A stretch of 20,000 nt of DNA, from NCBI GenBank assembly GCA_010093745.1, contig MU005959.1, forward strand, positions 477,647-497,646, in the 5' to 3' direction. Numbering within the stretch: the stretch's first letter is position 1; each line of letters opens with the position of its first letter. The stretch is from Piedraia hortae CBS 480.64. Lineage: Eukaryota. The position numbers and the translations under genes were made by a program. Positions 1-9,424 of this stretch are shown in pieces. Under the pieces are notes generated by a model. The model was not told where the DNA came from. It did not search any database and saw nothing but the letters and a program-made list of their open reading frames with translations.

Positions 1-1
1 G

Positions 2-1388
2 CGACTGGAACTTTATCAGAGATTTCTGCGAGTACAGTTTGAAAGGCTCGCCGGCATCCAGGGACCAAACGAGATTGAACTTCATATCAAGGTAGAGTTA
101 GCTTATCTTTTCGCCGCACAGAAAGCAAGCCCGCAGCGGGTAGTAAATCGCGCAGTAGAGGGGCCATCTGTGGGACAAAATCCTCAGACAGCTTTACCGG
201 ATAGCTCCAGAATAAGGTTGGAATCGACGTCCGGGCAGCCAGTATTTCAACCTAGAGAGCTCACACACTGGATAACCGAAGTCTGGAAAGGAGATCAACC
301 AAATACACCCTTTCACCCTGAACATATCCAGTAAGTTCACAAATTCGTGGACAAGGTCGAAAGCTCACATATTCCAGTCAAGAACCAACGACTTGCTTTT
401 TCCCTGCTCATGATCAATACGTAATTCGCGATGACCTTACAAATGATGGGTTCATGCTCTTCCAAGAAATCTCTGACATCTTCGGGGCCGACTGCAGCGC
501 AGCTTTTTACATTCGTCCGCACGACTTCCGGGCCAGATTAACCATCACCATAGAATATTCAGAGCCGTGGTCCGATGTACCCAACATTATCATCACCGGG
601 AGCTATATGCGCTGCACGCTCCTCTCAACCGTCAAAATCACGCGGCATAAATCCTCCTTGAAACTCCTCCGACTCCGCAGGCCAGAACTGAACAAGCCGC
701 CCAACGCAGCCGTGCACGATGACTGGGCGGTCCTCAACTTCCCCACCTACGAGTCCATGGTATTATTTTACTGCACCTTTGTCGCCATGAAACGGCAGTC
801 TCAATTCCGGGACGCCAACGCCCTTCCTGTTGGGCTGCAGGAGAGGGCAGAATTATGCTCCAAGCGCGAGCGTCGACAGGGTCTCGAACATGGCCGCCCC
901 CGTAGTCGCAGTAACATAAACGAAGTTCCCCCTCTCCTCCCCGATGGCGAAGGCGAGGACATCCTCTCCACGGGGGTCATAATCCTCCCTAACAACCGAC
1001 CATGCACACTGCGCTTATGCAAGGATATTTGCAGCGGCGTTGTGCGTCTTGACGCCGCTGTCGAAGCCCCCGATGGTATCGAAACCCCGCTCTGGACAGC
1101 CTTTGTTACAAAATATTATGTCCAGGGCGACGTCGATTGGGCAGAGCTCCTCGAGGCGCGACACGGTCTGAGAAAGACTGTTGGACTCGCTGCCATTCGA
1201 CCGAAGATCTATCTATTTGCTAGGGGTGATGGGCTGCTGCCAGAAAGTCCAAAAGAGGGGGGGTATCTGATTAAATTCAAAGATGAGATATGTAAGTTGA
1301 GAGATGTCCGTATGTTGGGTCGCTAATGTTTGCAGCTGCGAGGGAGTTTGTCGAGGCTTGGACTAGGTTGTGTAATTCCAAGGGGTGA
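2..1388 (+). CDS. Hypothetical fungal protein, 5'-truncated; join(<2..330,378..1291,1336..1388)
   Basis: Frame is open from nt 2 (RLELYQRFLRVQFERL...HWITEVWKG). Intron 331-377 (GTAAGT..GCTCAC..CCAG, 47 nt) joins it in frame to the 454..1326 ORF. Intron 1292-1335 (GTAAGT..CTAAT..TGCAG, 44 nt) gives the C-terminus SAREFVEAWTRLCNSKG*. Blocks such as LNFPTYESMVLFYCTFVAMK and PLWTAFVT look conserved, but I cannot name a function. Confidence 0.75.
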
Positions 1389-1695
1389 GAATTTGAAGAA
1401 GTCGAATAAGGTTTTGTCGTGGAGTGCAATGGGATATTCTAATCATCGCTTTGTGCTGGGACTCGGCACGTTTATAATCTTTTCATATCCCTACTTACCG
1501 TAAAACACTCCTCAGGAGCTCTCGATCTCGTCGTGATCAGTAAAAGTCGCACAAAGTGTTATATCGATGACTTGGGGCTCCTCTTTGACGCTGCTTGCCC
1601 AACCACAACGCAGAAAATCCCCTCAAACTCGACCCACTAAGTACTTCTCCCAAGCTCCCAATATTTCAAGCACCTCAACCCCCCTCCAAATTTCA

Positions 1696-3019
1696 ATGGA
1701 AGACCCTCGCGACCTCTTCCCCTATGAATCCGGTTTCCCCGACAGTGAGTCCATCTACCGCTACATTCCCGGTGAATCCCACCCCGTCCACCTCGACGAC
1801 AAGCTCCACTCTAACCAGTACCGAATCCTGCACAAGCTCGGCTACGGCAGTTTCTGTAGCGTCTGGGGTGTGCGGGACGAGCAGTAAATTTCCACCTCCC
1901 CCCCTTCCCCGCCTAGCCTATTACCCAAAGAAGCTGAATATTTTACAGGGAGCAGAAATACGTAGCGATCAAAGTCCCCATTGCGGATGCCCCGTCCAGT
2001 CGTGAGATAGAGACTTTGACGGCGTTGGCAGCGAGTGAGATCACTCACCCCGGGAAGGCCTACCTACCTGTTCTCCTCGACGACCTTGAGCTCGACGGCT
2101 CGAACGGGACGCACAGGTGCATTGTGACGGGGGTGTACGGCCTTTCCGTCGGGTTAGTCCTAGAGGTGGAGAACGTATATCTCTACGCCAGCGCGGCGAG
2201 GAGATTATAGAAGCAGCTTCTCCAAGCTGTGGAGTGTTTGCATCAGTTAGGAGTAGGGCATGGGTATTTGTATAGTGGGAATGTGGCCTGGAACGTCAGG
2301 GGGGTTGAGGAGTTGAGCGAGGGGGAGTATTTGCGGTATTTTCGTCACGCAGTGCTAGGTGAGGTTAAGAAGATGGATGGAGGGATATTGGGGTAAAATG
2401 TACCGATATACCTTATAATGCATGACTATCGTCCCCCTGAGGTTTTGGATGAGGATGATATTGTGTATCGACTTTGGGCAGGCTTTTTTGGAGGGAGGCT
2501 CTCCCGGAGAGGTTGGAAACGCCGCTGCTTTACCGCACGCCGGAAGTTGTCTTTCACGAGAAAATCGATGAAAAGGTTGATTCGTGGAGTGCGGGGATGT
2601 CGGTATATTTGGGAGAGGTTTTCCGACTGTCAGCAGTGTTTCGTTCTCTTGACTATTAACCTTCCGAGTGAGAGGGTTATTTGGAACGGGAATACGCTTG
2701 TGGGTGTACTGCCTAAAGCGACGCATCTTAGCCCGCAAGAGAGGTGGAGGGAAGAGTGGGAGGATATTGTTGGACGGGTGACAGCTGCGACAAATTTCGA
2801 GTATGAGAATTTGCGGGGGATGATTGTGTCACATCCCGAGAAAGACGCTGAAGAGGAATGGCAGGATCTGCCAGCAGAAGTATTGAGCAGGGCGAGGGAG
2901 CTGTTTTAGAAGATGCTAAGATTGGATCCGCGAGAATCTTGGCAAGAATGGCTCTTGAGTTGGACTGGTTCAAGGACCCTCCCACCTTGGTTGAGAATTC
3001 TGATTGCAAGGATCGTTGA
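1696..3019 (+). pseudogene. SRPK/Sky1-like (CMGC) Ser/Thr protein kinase pseudogene
   Basis: ATG at 1696. SRPK-type start HPVHLDDKLHSNQYRILHKLGYGSFCSVW, then intron 1884-1948, then YVAIKV and GSNGTHRCIV. Catalytic loop reads HGYLYSGN where HGDL..N is expected. IDFGQAF, YRTPEVVF..VDSWSAG and KMLRLDP..LDWF fall in different frames. In-frame stops at 2208-2210 (TAG), 2394-2396 (TAA) and 2907-2909 (TAG), plus several frameshifts after about 2465. Confidence 0.9.
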
Positions 3020-3415
3020 GGGGATCCAATGATAACACCATGGCAGTTTTTTCGATACTCAGATGTTTGTCCTTGTAAACCGCGCTGCTCATCATACATG
3101 AACGGAGGATTCAATCGTCACTACAGTAGCAAGCATCGTTGACTCGAGAAATTGTGGGAGGTGAAGTACTGTGCCTGAGTTTGTGTATGTGAGACTAGCT
3201 AGCAAGGGAGGGCCACACGAGAGCAACGTGAGAAGAAAGTATTGTACTTGTTTGTGAGACTTATGCACTGCCAAACTGCCCCACTGCATATGGTTGGGCG
3301 AACGTGGACGTTGAAGCGAGTCAAGATCTATGGCGCTAACTCCTTCAGGCAAAGAGCCTGCAGGGTCCTTGACCAACTCTGTGGGGCAGCCCAAACGTCA
3401 CCCCCAAACCCACCC

Positions 3416-4252
3416 ATGCCGCGCGACTACCTTTCTAGATACCTCACACCCTCCGCGCCCCAGAAAAAGCGAAAGAGATCCAAACCCAGCAGCAGTGGAC
3501 TAACCATAACCGAAGACGACGCCGAAGTCCTCTTTCGAGCACAACCCGACGACATTGATCCCGACGAAGACGCCGTCGTAGTAGGGGATGTAATTCAAGA
3601 AAAGAAAAAAGCGAAATGGCTCAACCTCTCCGACGGAACAGATAAAATCCTCGCGGAGGCGGAGCGGGAACGTAAAAACCAGCAGGACGATGAGGACCCG
3701 GTGGTTGTGGAAGAGCCTGCAGCGGGGTTAATGACGGGTAAGGAACATGCTGCTCTCTTGAAGCGGAAGAGAGGTCAGGAAATTGGTATAGATGCTCTGC
3801 GGGAGACGGTATATCGGGATGCCTCCGGCAGGATTGTTAATCTTGCGGAGAAGAGGGATGAGATGAGGGAGAAGGCTGCGGAGGAGAAGAGGAGGGAAGT
3901 TGAGAGGCAACAGGGTGAGGTGCAGAAGCAACTGAAAGAGGACAGGAGGAGGGAGTTGGAGGAGGTGAAGACTATGGGGGTGGCGAGGTATGCGGATGAT
4001 AAGAGGATGAATGAGGAGTTGAAGGCGCAGGAGAGGTGGAATGATCCCATGGCTGGGTTAGTGAGACCTAGTGGGAGGAGGGAGAAGAAGGTTTACAAGG
4101 GAGCGTTTGAGCCAAATAGGTACGGGATCAAACCTGGGTGGAAGTGGGATGGGGTTGATAGAGGGAATGGGTTCGAGAGGAAGTGGTTTGCTGCAAGGAA
4201 TGGGGTCAAGGAGAGGAAGGAGAGGATGTTTAACTCGTTGATGGATGATTAG
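3416..4252 (+). CDS. BUD13: Pre-mRNA splicing factor Bud13/Cwc26 (RES complex), 278 aa, intronless
   Basis: Starts MPRDYLSRYL..KKRKR (ATG 3416; the track's TTG at 3242 is unlikely). Contains ETVYRDASGRIV, RWNDPMA and the diagnostic NRYGIKPGWKWDGVDRGNGFERKWF motif. Confidence 0.95.
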   Translation: MPRDYLSRYLTPSAPQKKRKRSKPSSSGLTITEDDAEVLFRAQPDDIDPDEDAVVVGDVIQEKKKAKWLNLSDGTDKILAEAERERKNQQDDEDPVVVEEPAAGLMTGKEHAALLKRKRGQEIGIDALRETVYRDASGRIVNLAEKRDEMREKAAEEKRREVERQQGEVQKQLKEDRRRELEEVKTMGVARYADDKRMNEELKAQERWNDPMAGLVRPSGRREKKVYKGAFEPNRYGIKPGWKWDGVDRGNGFERKWFAARNGVKERKERMFNSLMDD

Positions 4253-5785
4253 GATATGGCACCTTCGGTGCGGAGGGTTGAAATTTCTTCCTCGGACATG
4301 GACAGAAGGGTGGTCAATATTGAATAGGTGTGCTCGCCAAGTGTGGGTGGTGGAGAGCGGACAGATGGCTGGGTGTGCGAGAACTTCACGGGAGGACTGA
4401 CGAGTTTCATTGGCCCGCAGGCTGGATGGTCGACTTCGGTTACCATCTTCCTGGCTTGGGCTGGACGCTCCGTTAGTTGTTGCAGTGTGACATGGTAAGG
4501 AGACCTAACTGTGTTCATGATCGAGTGTGGTTTCCACATCATTGATGGCGGAATATGGCATACCGCTGCCTTCGAAAATATCCAACCATTCACTCGTCGT
4601 CCTCGTCTCGGTGACGCCCTCAATCATATTCTCCAACTCATCTCGATTCTTCACCCGGTCCGCATTCGTGACAAATTTCGGATCTCGACTCCACTCTTCT
4701 TTGCCCAATCTTGAACACATGATTCCAAACAATCTATCGTTTCCTCCACCAAGCATGATATCCCCGTCTTTAGTCTTGAACCCTCTATACGGCACAATAG
4801 ACGGATGAGCCGTCCCCCAGCGTCCGGAATCCGGCTTTCCGCTGATGAGACACGAGCTTGCGATATTGCTCAACATGGAAATCTGACAGTCCGCAAGGGC
4901 TACATCAATATGTTGGCCTTGACCCGTTCTCGCTCGACCAATCAAAGCTGCCATGATGGTGCTAGCCGTGTAAAGACCAGTAGTCAAGTCAGTGATCGCC
5001 ACGCCGACTTTGGCAGGTGGTCCATCTCGATGACCAGTTATGTGCATTAGACCCATTCCGCTGCTCGGGTTAACTTAGGTAGCAGAGAAGGACGGAGAGC
5101 TCACGCTTCAACCATAACGTCGTAACCTGCTCTATTGCTATACGGCCCCGTCTGGCCGTAGCCGGTGACACTTGCATATATCAACCCAGGGTTGATCTTG
5201 GAAACCGTCTCATAATCCAAGTCGTATTTCTTCAGTGTTCCTGGGAGGTAGTTTTCCACCAGAACGTCGCACTTTTCGACTAGTCTGTGGAGAATTTCCA
5301 CGCCTGGGCGGTGCTGGAAGGAAAGACCGAGTGACTTTTTGTTGCGGTTTGCCTGGCCGGTGTTAGTACGTTTGGTGGGACGGTGTGACAACATACGGCC
5401 AAGAAATATGCACTCTCTCCGGGACCCGTCTTCCCACTGCCTCTTTTATATTCGGCATATGGGGGACCCCAGGCACGCGTGTCATCTCCCCGAACGGGAT
5501 GTTCGACTTTGATGACTTCTGCACTAACGTTGTTAGATGTGGGGATCGTTTATGAATGTGATCGAACCCAAGATCGCCCAGCATTTGAGTGCAAAATGGC
5601 TGTGATTTATGAGCTTGGGTTGTGTATAATAGCTAGGAACATACGGCGGCTAGCACTCTGGACATATCCAGGACTCGGATCCCGGTCAGTGGAAGCTGTG
5701 CTTCCGTTTGGGTTGCTACATTGCGAGTTTGTTGGAAGACAATATGGCGGGGCAGGATACGCAAGATGGATGTGGCTTGAGACAT
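4249..5785 (-). CDS. Family III (CaiB/BaiF) CoA-transferase, SUGCT-like, probably mitochondrial, 436 aa; complement(join(4249..4460,4510..5060,5105..5352,5397..5523,5568..5599,5645..5785))
   Basis: Five GT-AG introns (45, 44, 44, 44, 49 nt) give a continuous 1311-nt frame. It contains [71 protein letters not shown]..GYD (catalytic Asp), GQGQHID and PPPTLGEHT. The N-terminus MSQATSILRILPRHIVFQQTRNVAT is Arg-containing, acid-free and presequence-like. Confidence 0.93.
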
Positions 5786-5943
5786 ATTACGGATATCAGT
5801 TCTGTGTATTGACTGAGGTGCGTCCTCAGATGGTCGGCAATGCGCGACGGGCCGATGGAACGGTCCGTTTGCAGCAGGGTCGACTCTGTGATCTGTGGAT
5901 GGCTGAGATATACCATGAGTTGTGGAACTAGACTAAGGTCCAG

Positions 5944-6080
5944 TGTTTATACTTGCTTAGTTACAACGCCGACGCAAGGACATTGATAGCAGGTTTAAGC
6001 ATCCAAATGATTGATCCAAGGCAGGGTGGAAGAGGTGGGGTAGAGCGGAACACTTCCGCCATGGCAACGGCGTTGTTTAC
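5944..6080. promoter_or_regulatory. Divergent promoter region with two forkhead-like sites (TGTTTAT 5944-5950, TGTTTAC 6074-6080) and a short inverted repeat GCGGAA-cac-TTCCGC (6045-6059)
   Basis: Motif matches only, within the 351-nt gap between the divergent CoA-transferase and TACC genes. Motifs this short can occur by chance. Confidence 0.25.
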
Positions 6081-6136
6081 CCCAGACTCCATGCAGATCG
6101 CGAAGAATCGCATTGATTAACTGCGACACCACAGTC

Positions 6137-8101
6137 ATGGAATCGCCAAAAGACATGCACAGCTACGAAAACGACGATGCTGTTAATGTAGATGGGTCTT
6201 CCAGCTCACCCTACTCCAAAAGCGTCACAGTGCACAGCAGGAGCTCAAGCCAACTGATGGCCGCCGACATCAATACTCCTACCAAACAAGGCTTCTCTAA
6301 AGGCGCAATGTTAGAGGATAAAGAAAATTTTACGTCTGAACCCACGGCGACTCTAAACAAGCTGTTTGCAATGACTCCTCCGCCGGCTTCAAGCCCGCGG
6401 GGATCCGTAGCCGAACGCAGAGCCAGTGAGGATGTGAAGATGGCGCATTCCCCGTCGCCAAAGTATCAGACAACACCACGGAGGTCGCCTTTGAAGATTG
6501 TGCAAGATCAAGAATCAACGCCGCGCCCACAGACCAGTGGAGGCGTTCAGGACGCCAGTGCATTCCAAGCTGGACTGGATCTTCGAAATGCGCAAGTGAC
6601 AGAAAACGATATCACCTACGTGGATGACACCTGCATCAGCACCTTTTCGGTTATCCCGGACACGACTCTTTTCGCCAAACTTGGCCAAAGCCCTACCAGG
6701 CCCACGGATTTGCGTCCCAATCCGGGCGAACCCAGCATTGCTGGGACCCCGTATACCGCCCGCAAGCGCTCCTCGCTTTCCCGCTCACCGTCTCCAACAG
6801 CACGTCGGCAAAAGACCCCGTCTGCTGATGGAACGGCGAGCTTTTTGATCGACTTTACTCAGCCATTGGATGGTACTAAACGCACCACTTCACCCGGCAA
6901 AGCTGCTACGGAGCCCAATTTACTGAGGCATCTCAATAACCAACGCTCCCCGAATAAATCGGCCAGACAGAGTTATGCATCCCCGACCAAGCAGAACAAC
7001 ATTCTCAGTCTTTTGGATATCGAGCTTCCGCCTCCACCGACACCGCGTTCGGTACCCACCATCACCGTACGTGAGATGGAATCCCTCAAGTCGTCTTACC
7101 TCAGCCAGATATCTTCACTGAGAGCTACTTTAAGTGGTCGCGAGGCAGAAGTTGAGAGCCTGAAGCGAGCAGTGGGGGATGCTGAGCGACGTGCGGGCGA
7201 AGCACAAGAGGCTCTGCGGGAAGAGAAATGCCGGCGAGAGCATGTTGAAGAGGAGAAAGCAGGCTGGGAGCGTCGAGGCCATGAGGTTGAGTCTGTTCTC
7301 AAAAGCGTCAAGGAAGAGGTTCTAAAGTCGGAAGCTGAGCGCGAAGATTTAATTCGAAAGCTTGACGATACGGAGCGTCGCCTTGACATCACCGAGGCTC
7401 GGGCTGTCAAGGCGGAAGAGCGGTTTGCAGAGGCTTTAGCTGCACGAGCCGCAGGAGATGCACCATCAGATGCCAACGCCGTGGAAGAGAGGGCCCAGAA
7501 GCTGTTTGAGGCTCAAATTGATGCCAAGATGGAGCAGGTCAGCCGTGAACTACACGCGGTGTACAAGGAGAAGCACGAGAGGAAAGTGGCTACTTTGAAG
7601 AAGTCCTACGAAGCACGTAGCGAAAAGAAGGCGGCAGAGCTTCAAAGTCGGATTGTTGAGCTTGAAGAGCATAACAAAGAGCTCTTGGCTGGCAAGTCAG
7701 CACCTGTTCCAACTCGGTCCGGTGCAGAGTCTTCCGCGTTGAAGGCGGAGCTGGAAGAACACAAAGCTCTACTCTCACGGCTTGAAAACGAAATTCAGAC
7801 ATCCCGGCAGCAACAGGAACAGCTCATGAGCGAATTACAGCAGGAGCGTATTGAGAAAGGCGATCTCGTTGCTGCTGTCGATGAGATGTTGGCGCTTCAA
7901 GCGGAAACCGGTAGTGCTCAGGGGGCTGTAGAAGTTGTGGAAGACTTCCGCAAGAGCATCAGCCGCCCCAGCGGTCTCAAAACTCCGGGGGGATATCAAG
8001 GTAGAATGCCACCTCCAGGGACTACAAGCGGGGGCAATAAGAGTCGAATGCTGGCGAACATTGAGAGGATGGGACGTAAAAACGGTGGACAGGAGCAATG
8101 A
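6137..8101 (+). CDS. Fungal TACC-family (Slk19/Alp7-like) kinetochore/spindle coiled-coil protein, about 654 aa
   Basis: Long S/T-P-rich disordered N-half with many CDK-like sites. Then PPPTPRSVPTITVREMESLKS..QISSLRATLSGREAEV, an extended heptad coiled coil, and the Slk19-type motif SRELHAVYKEKHERKVATLKKSYE. First in-frame ATG is 6137. Confidence 0.8.
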   Translation: MESPKDMHSYENDDAVNVDGSSSSPYSKSVTVHSRSSSQLMAADINTPTKQGFSKGAMLEDKENFTSEPTATLNKLFAMTPPPASSPRGSVAERRASEDVKMAHSPSPKYQTTPRRSPLKIVQDQESTPRPQTSGGVQDASAFQAGLDLRNAQVTENDITYVDDTCISTFSVIPDTTLFAKLGQSPTRPTDLRPNPGEPSIAGTPYTARKRSSLSRSPSPTARRQKTPSADGTASFLIDFTQPLDGTKRTTSPGKAATEPNLLRHLNNQRSPNKSARQSYASPTKQNNILSLLDIELPPPPTPRSVPTITVREMESLKSSYLSQISSLRATLSGREAEVESLKRAVGDAERRAGEAQEALREEKCRREHVEEEKAGWERRGHEVESVLKSVKEEVLKSEAEREDLIRKLDDTERRLDITEARAVKAEERFAEALAARAAGDAPSDANAVEERAQKLFEAQIDAKMEQVSRELHAVYKEKHERKVATLKKSYEARSEKKAAELQSRIVELEEHNKELLAGKSAPVPTRSGAESSALKAELEEHKALLSRLENEIQTSRQQQEQLMSELQQERIEKGDLVAAVDEMLALQAETGSAQGAVEVVEDFRKSISRPSGLKTPGGYQGRMPPPGTTSGGNKSRMLANIERMGRKNGGQEQ

Positions 8102-8224
8102 TGGTTGGATTGGGATTGAAGTTGCAAGATGGTCTGTCCTTGTTAAACCTATTTCCACATACCTGTTTGTCACCACCGTTGTCTGTGCTCAACGCCACGC
8201 GTACGTGTTCGCCTGAGCCCCACC

Positions 8225-8260
8225 ATGACGTCTCCGGCACATGGAAGACTAATGACGTAA
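8225..8260 (+). promoter_or_regulatory. Two ATF/CREB (M26-type ATGACGT) sites upstream of the vip1-like gene
   Basis: ATGACGT at 8225-8231 and 8252-8258 (the second extends to TGACGTAA), 130-160 nt upstream of ATG 8387. An ACGCGT also lies at 8197-8202. Confidence 0.35.
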
Positions 8261-8386
8261 CGCGGGGTGACAGAGGCAAGGGCCATCAAATTCTTCATAA
8301 AAGCTTCGTGTCCAGGCAACTTGGCATTCTCTCTTGACATCCACCTCTTCCACTCAACCTCTTCCACCAAAATAATAACCGAAATC

Positions 8387-9296
8387 ATGTCGAGCACCGT
8401 CCAAGTTAGCGGCATCAGCTCGCAGACGAGCGAGAAGGAGATCCGTGACTTCTTTAGCTTCTGGTACGTCTGACATGCCCGTTATGATGCACGTCTTAAC
8501 ATGATCCAGTGGCAAGATTCAGTCTCTGTCGGTCAAGCCCGAGTCTGGAGATGGCACCGGCACCCAGACGGCCACGGTGACGTTTGAGAAGGAGGCTGCG
8601 GCCAAGACGGCTCAGCTCTTGGATAACACCCAGCTCGGCCCGTCGCAGGTCCACGTCACTTCTAGCGCGCCGACCGGCGAGCAGACAGGCGTCAGTGAGA
8701 AGGGTGCTGCTGACTCTGCCTCCCCGGACATGCCGGATATTCCCCAGGAAGAGAAGCCGCGCGCCCGCATCGTGGCTGAGTATCTCGCCCAGGGCTATGT
8801 CTTGAGCGACCAGGTGTTGCAGCGTGCCCTTCAGATGGATCAACAGCATGGAATCTCCCAGAAGTTCACGGCGGCTTTGAGGGACTTTGACAACAAGTAT
8901 CACGCCACTTCTCGCGCCCAGGTTCTGGACAACAAGTACGGCATCACTGCTCGTGCCAACGAAGGCTGGCGTGGACTCACCTCGTACTTTGAAAAGGCGA
9001 GTAACACTCCTACGGGTCAGCGTCTGCGTGCATTCTACAACCAGGGGCAGAAGCAGGTTCTGGACGTGCACAATGAGGCTAAGCACTTGGCGTCGCTGAA
9101 GAAGTCGGGCGAAGGCCAGTCGTGCAACTGTGGCGGGGACTCCACCAAGTGCACATGCGTGGGTGGACAGTGCAAGTGCAATACGTGCGGCAAGAATACG
9201 ACTTGTGACTGTGGAGGAGACGCCAGCAAGTGCAAGTGTCAAACCCAGGAAGGGAAGAAGTGCTTGTGCAAGGACTGCCCGAAGAGCACAGCATGA
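8387..9296 (+). CDS. vip1: Vip1-like RRM protein with Cys-rich C-terminal tail, 287 aa; join(8387..8463,8510..9296)
   Basis: N-terminal RRM STVQVSGISSQTSEKEIRDFFSFCGKIQSL..ATVTFEKEAAAKTAQLLDNTQL spans intron 8464-8509 (GTACGT..CTTAAC..CCAG, 46 nt). Family motifs QEEKPRARIVAEYLAQGYVLSD, DQQHGIS and TPTGQRLRAFY..VLDVHNEA. The name refers to the S. pombe Vip1 RRM family, not the S. cerevisiae inositol kinase VIP1. Confidence 0.88.
9120..9284 (+). repeat. Tandem duplicated 7-Cys module, CxCGGDxxKCxCx(4-7)CxCxxCxK, two copies
   Basis: SCNCGGDSTKCTCVGGQCKCNTCGK followed by TCDCGGDASKCKCQTQEGKKCLCKDCPK; 14 Cys in total. Similarity is also visible at the DNA level. Confidence 0.85.
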
Positions 9297-9424
9297 ATGA
9301 TGAAGTATGGCGTCTAGGCGAACAGATTAGGTAGACTGTAAACATTCCACGTGAAGCCGAGGCTTAACGGTCTCCATTCCTCCACATATAGGCCACGGCT
9401 TTCGCTGACGCGTCGTGAGATGAG

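Noticed and set aside
2208..2210. TAG codons corrected by A-to-I editing or read-through in the kinase
   Set aside because: A TAA, multiple frameshifts and loss of the catalytic Asp accompany the TAGs, so read-through could not restore a kinase.
1696..3019. RIP (repeat-induced point mutation) as the cause of kinase decay
   Set aside because: The region is not AT-rich or obviously TpA-enriched. The lesions include indels and probable transversions, which RIP does not produce.
3242..3415. N-terminal extension of BUD13 from TTG 3242
   Set aside because: Non-ATG start from the ORF caller. Family-like sequence begins at ATG 3416.
4136..4171. G-quadruplex-like run of five G tracts
   Set aside because: It encodes the conserved PGWKWDGVDRGNG motif inside a generally G-skewed segment, so there is no independent evidence of function.
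5479..5931. 150-aa + strand ORF and other long antisense ORFs (7096-7476, 8496-9242, 13271-13744)
   Set aside because: They are shadows or alternate frames of well-supported genes and have no recognisable motifs.
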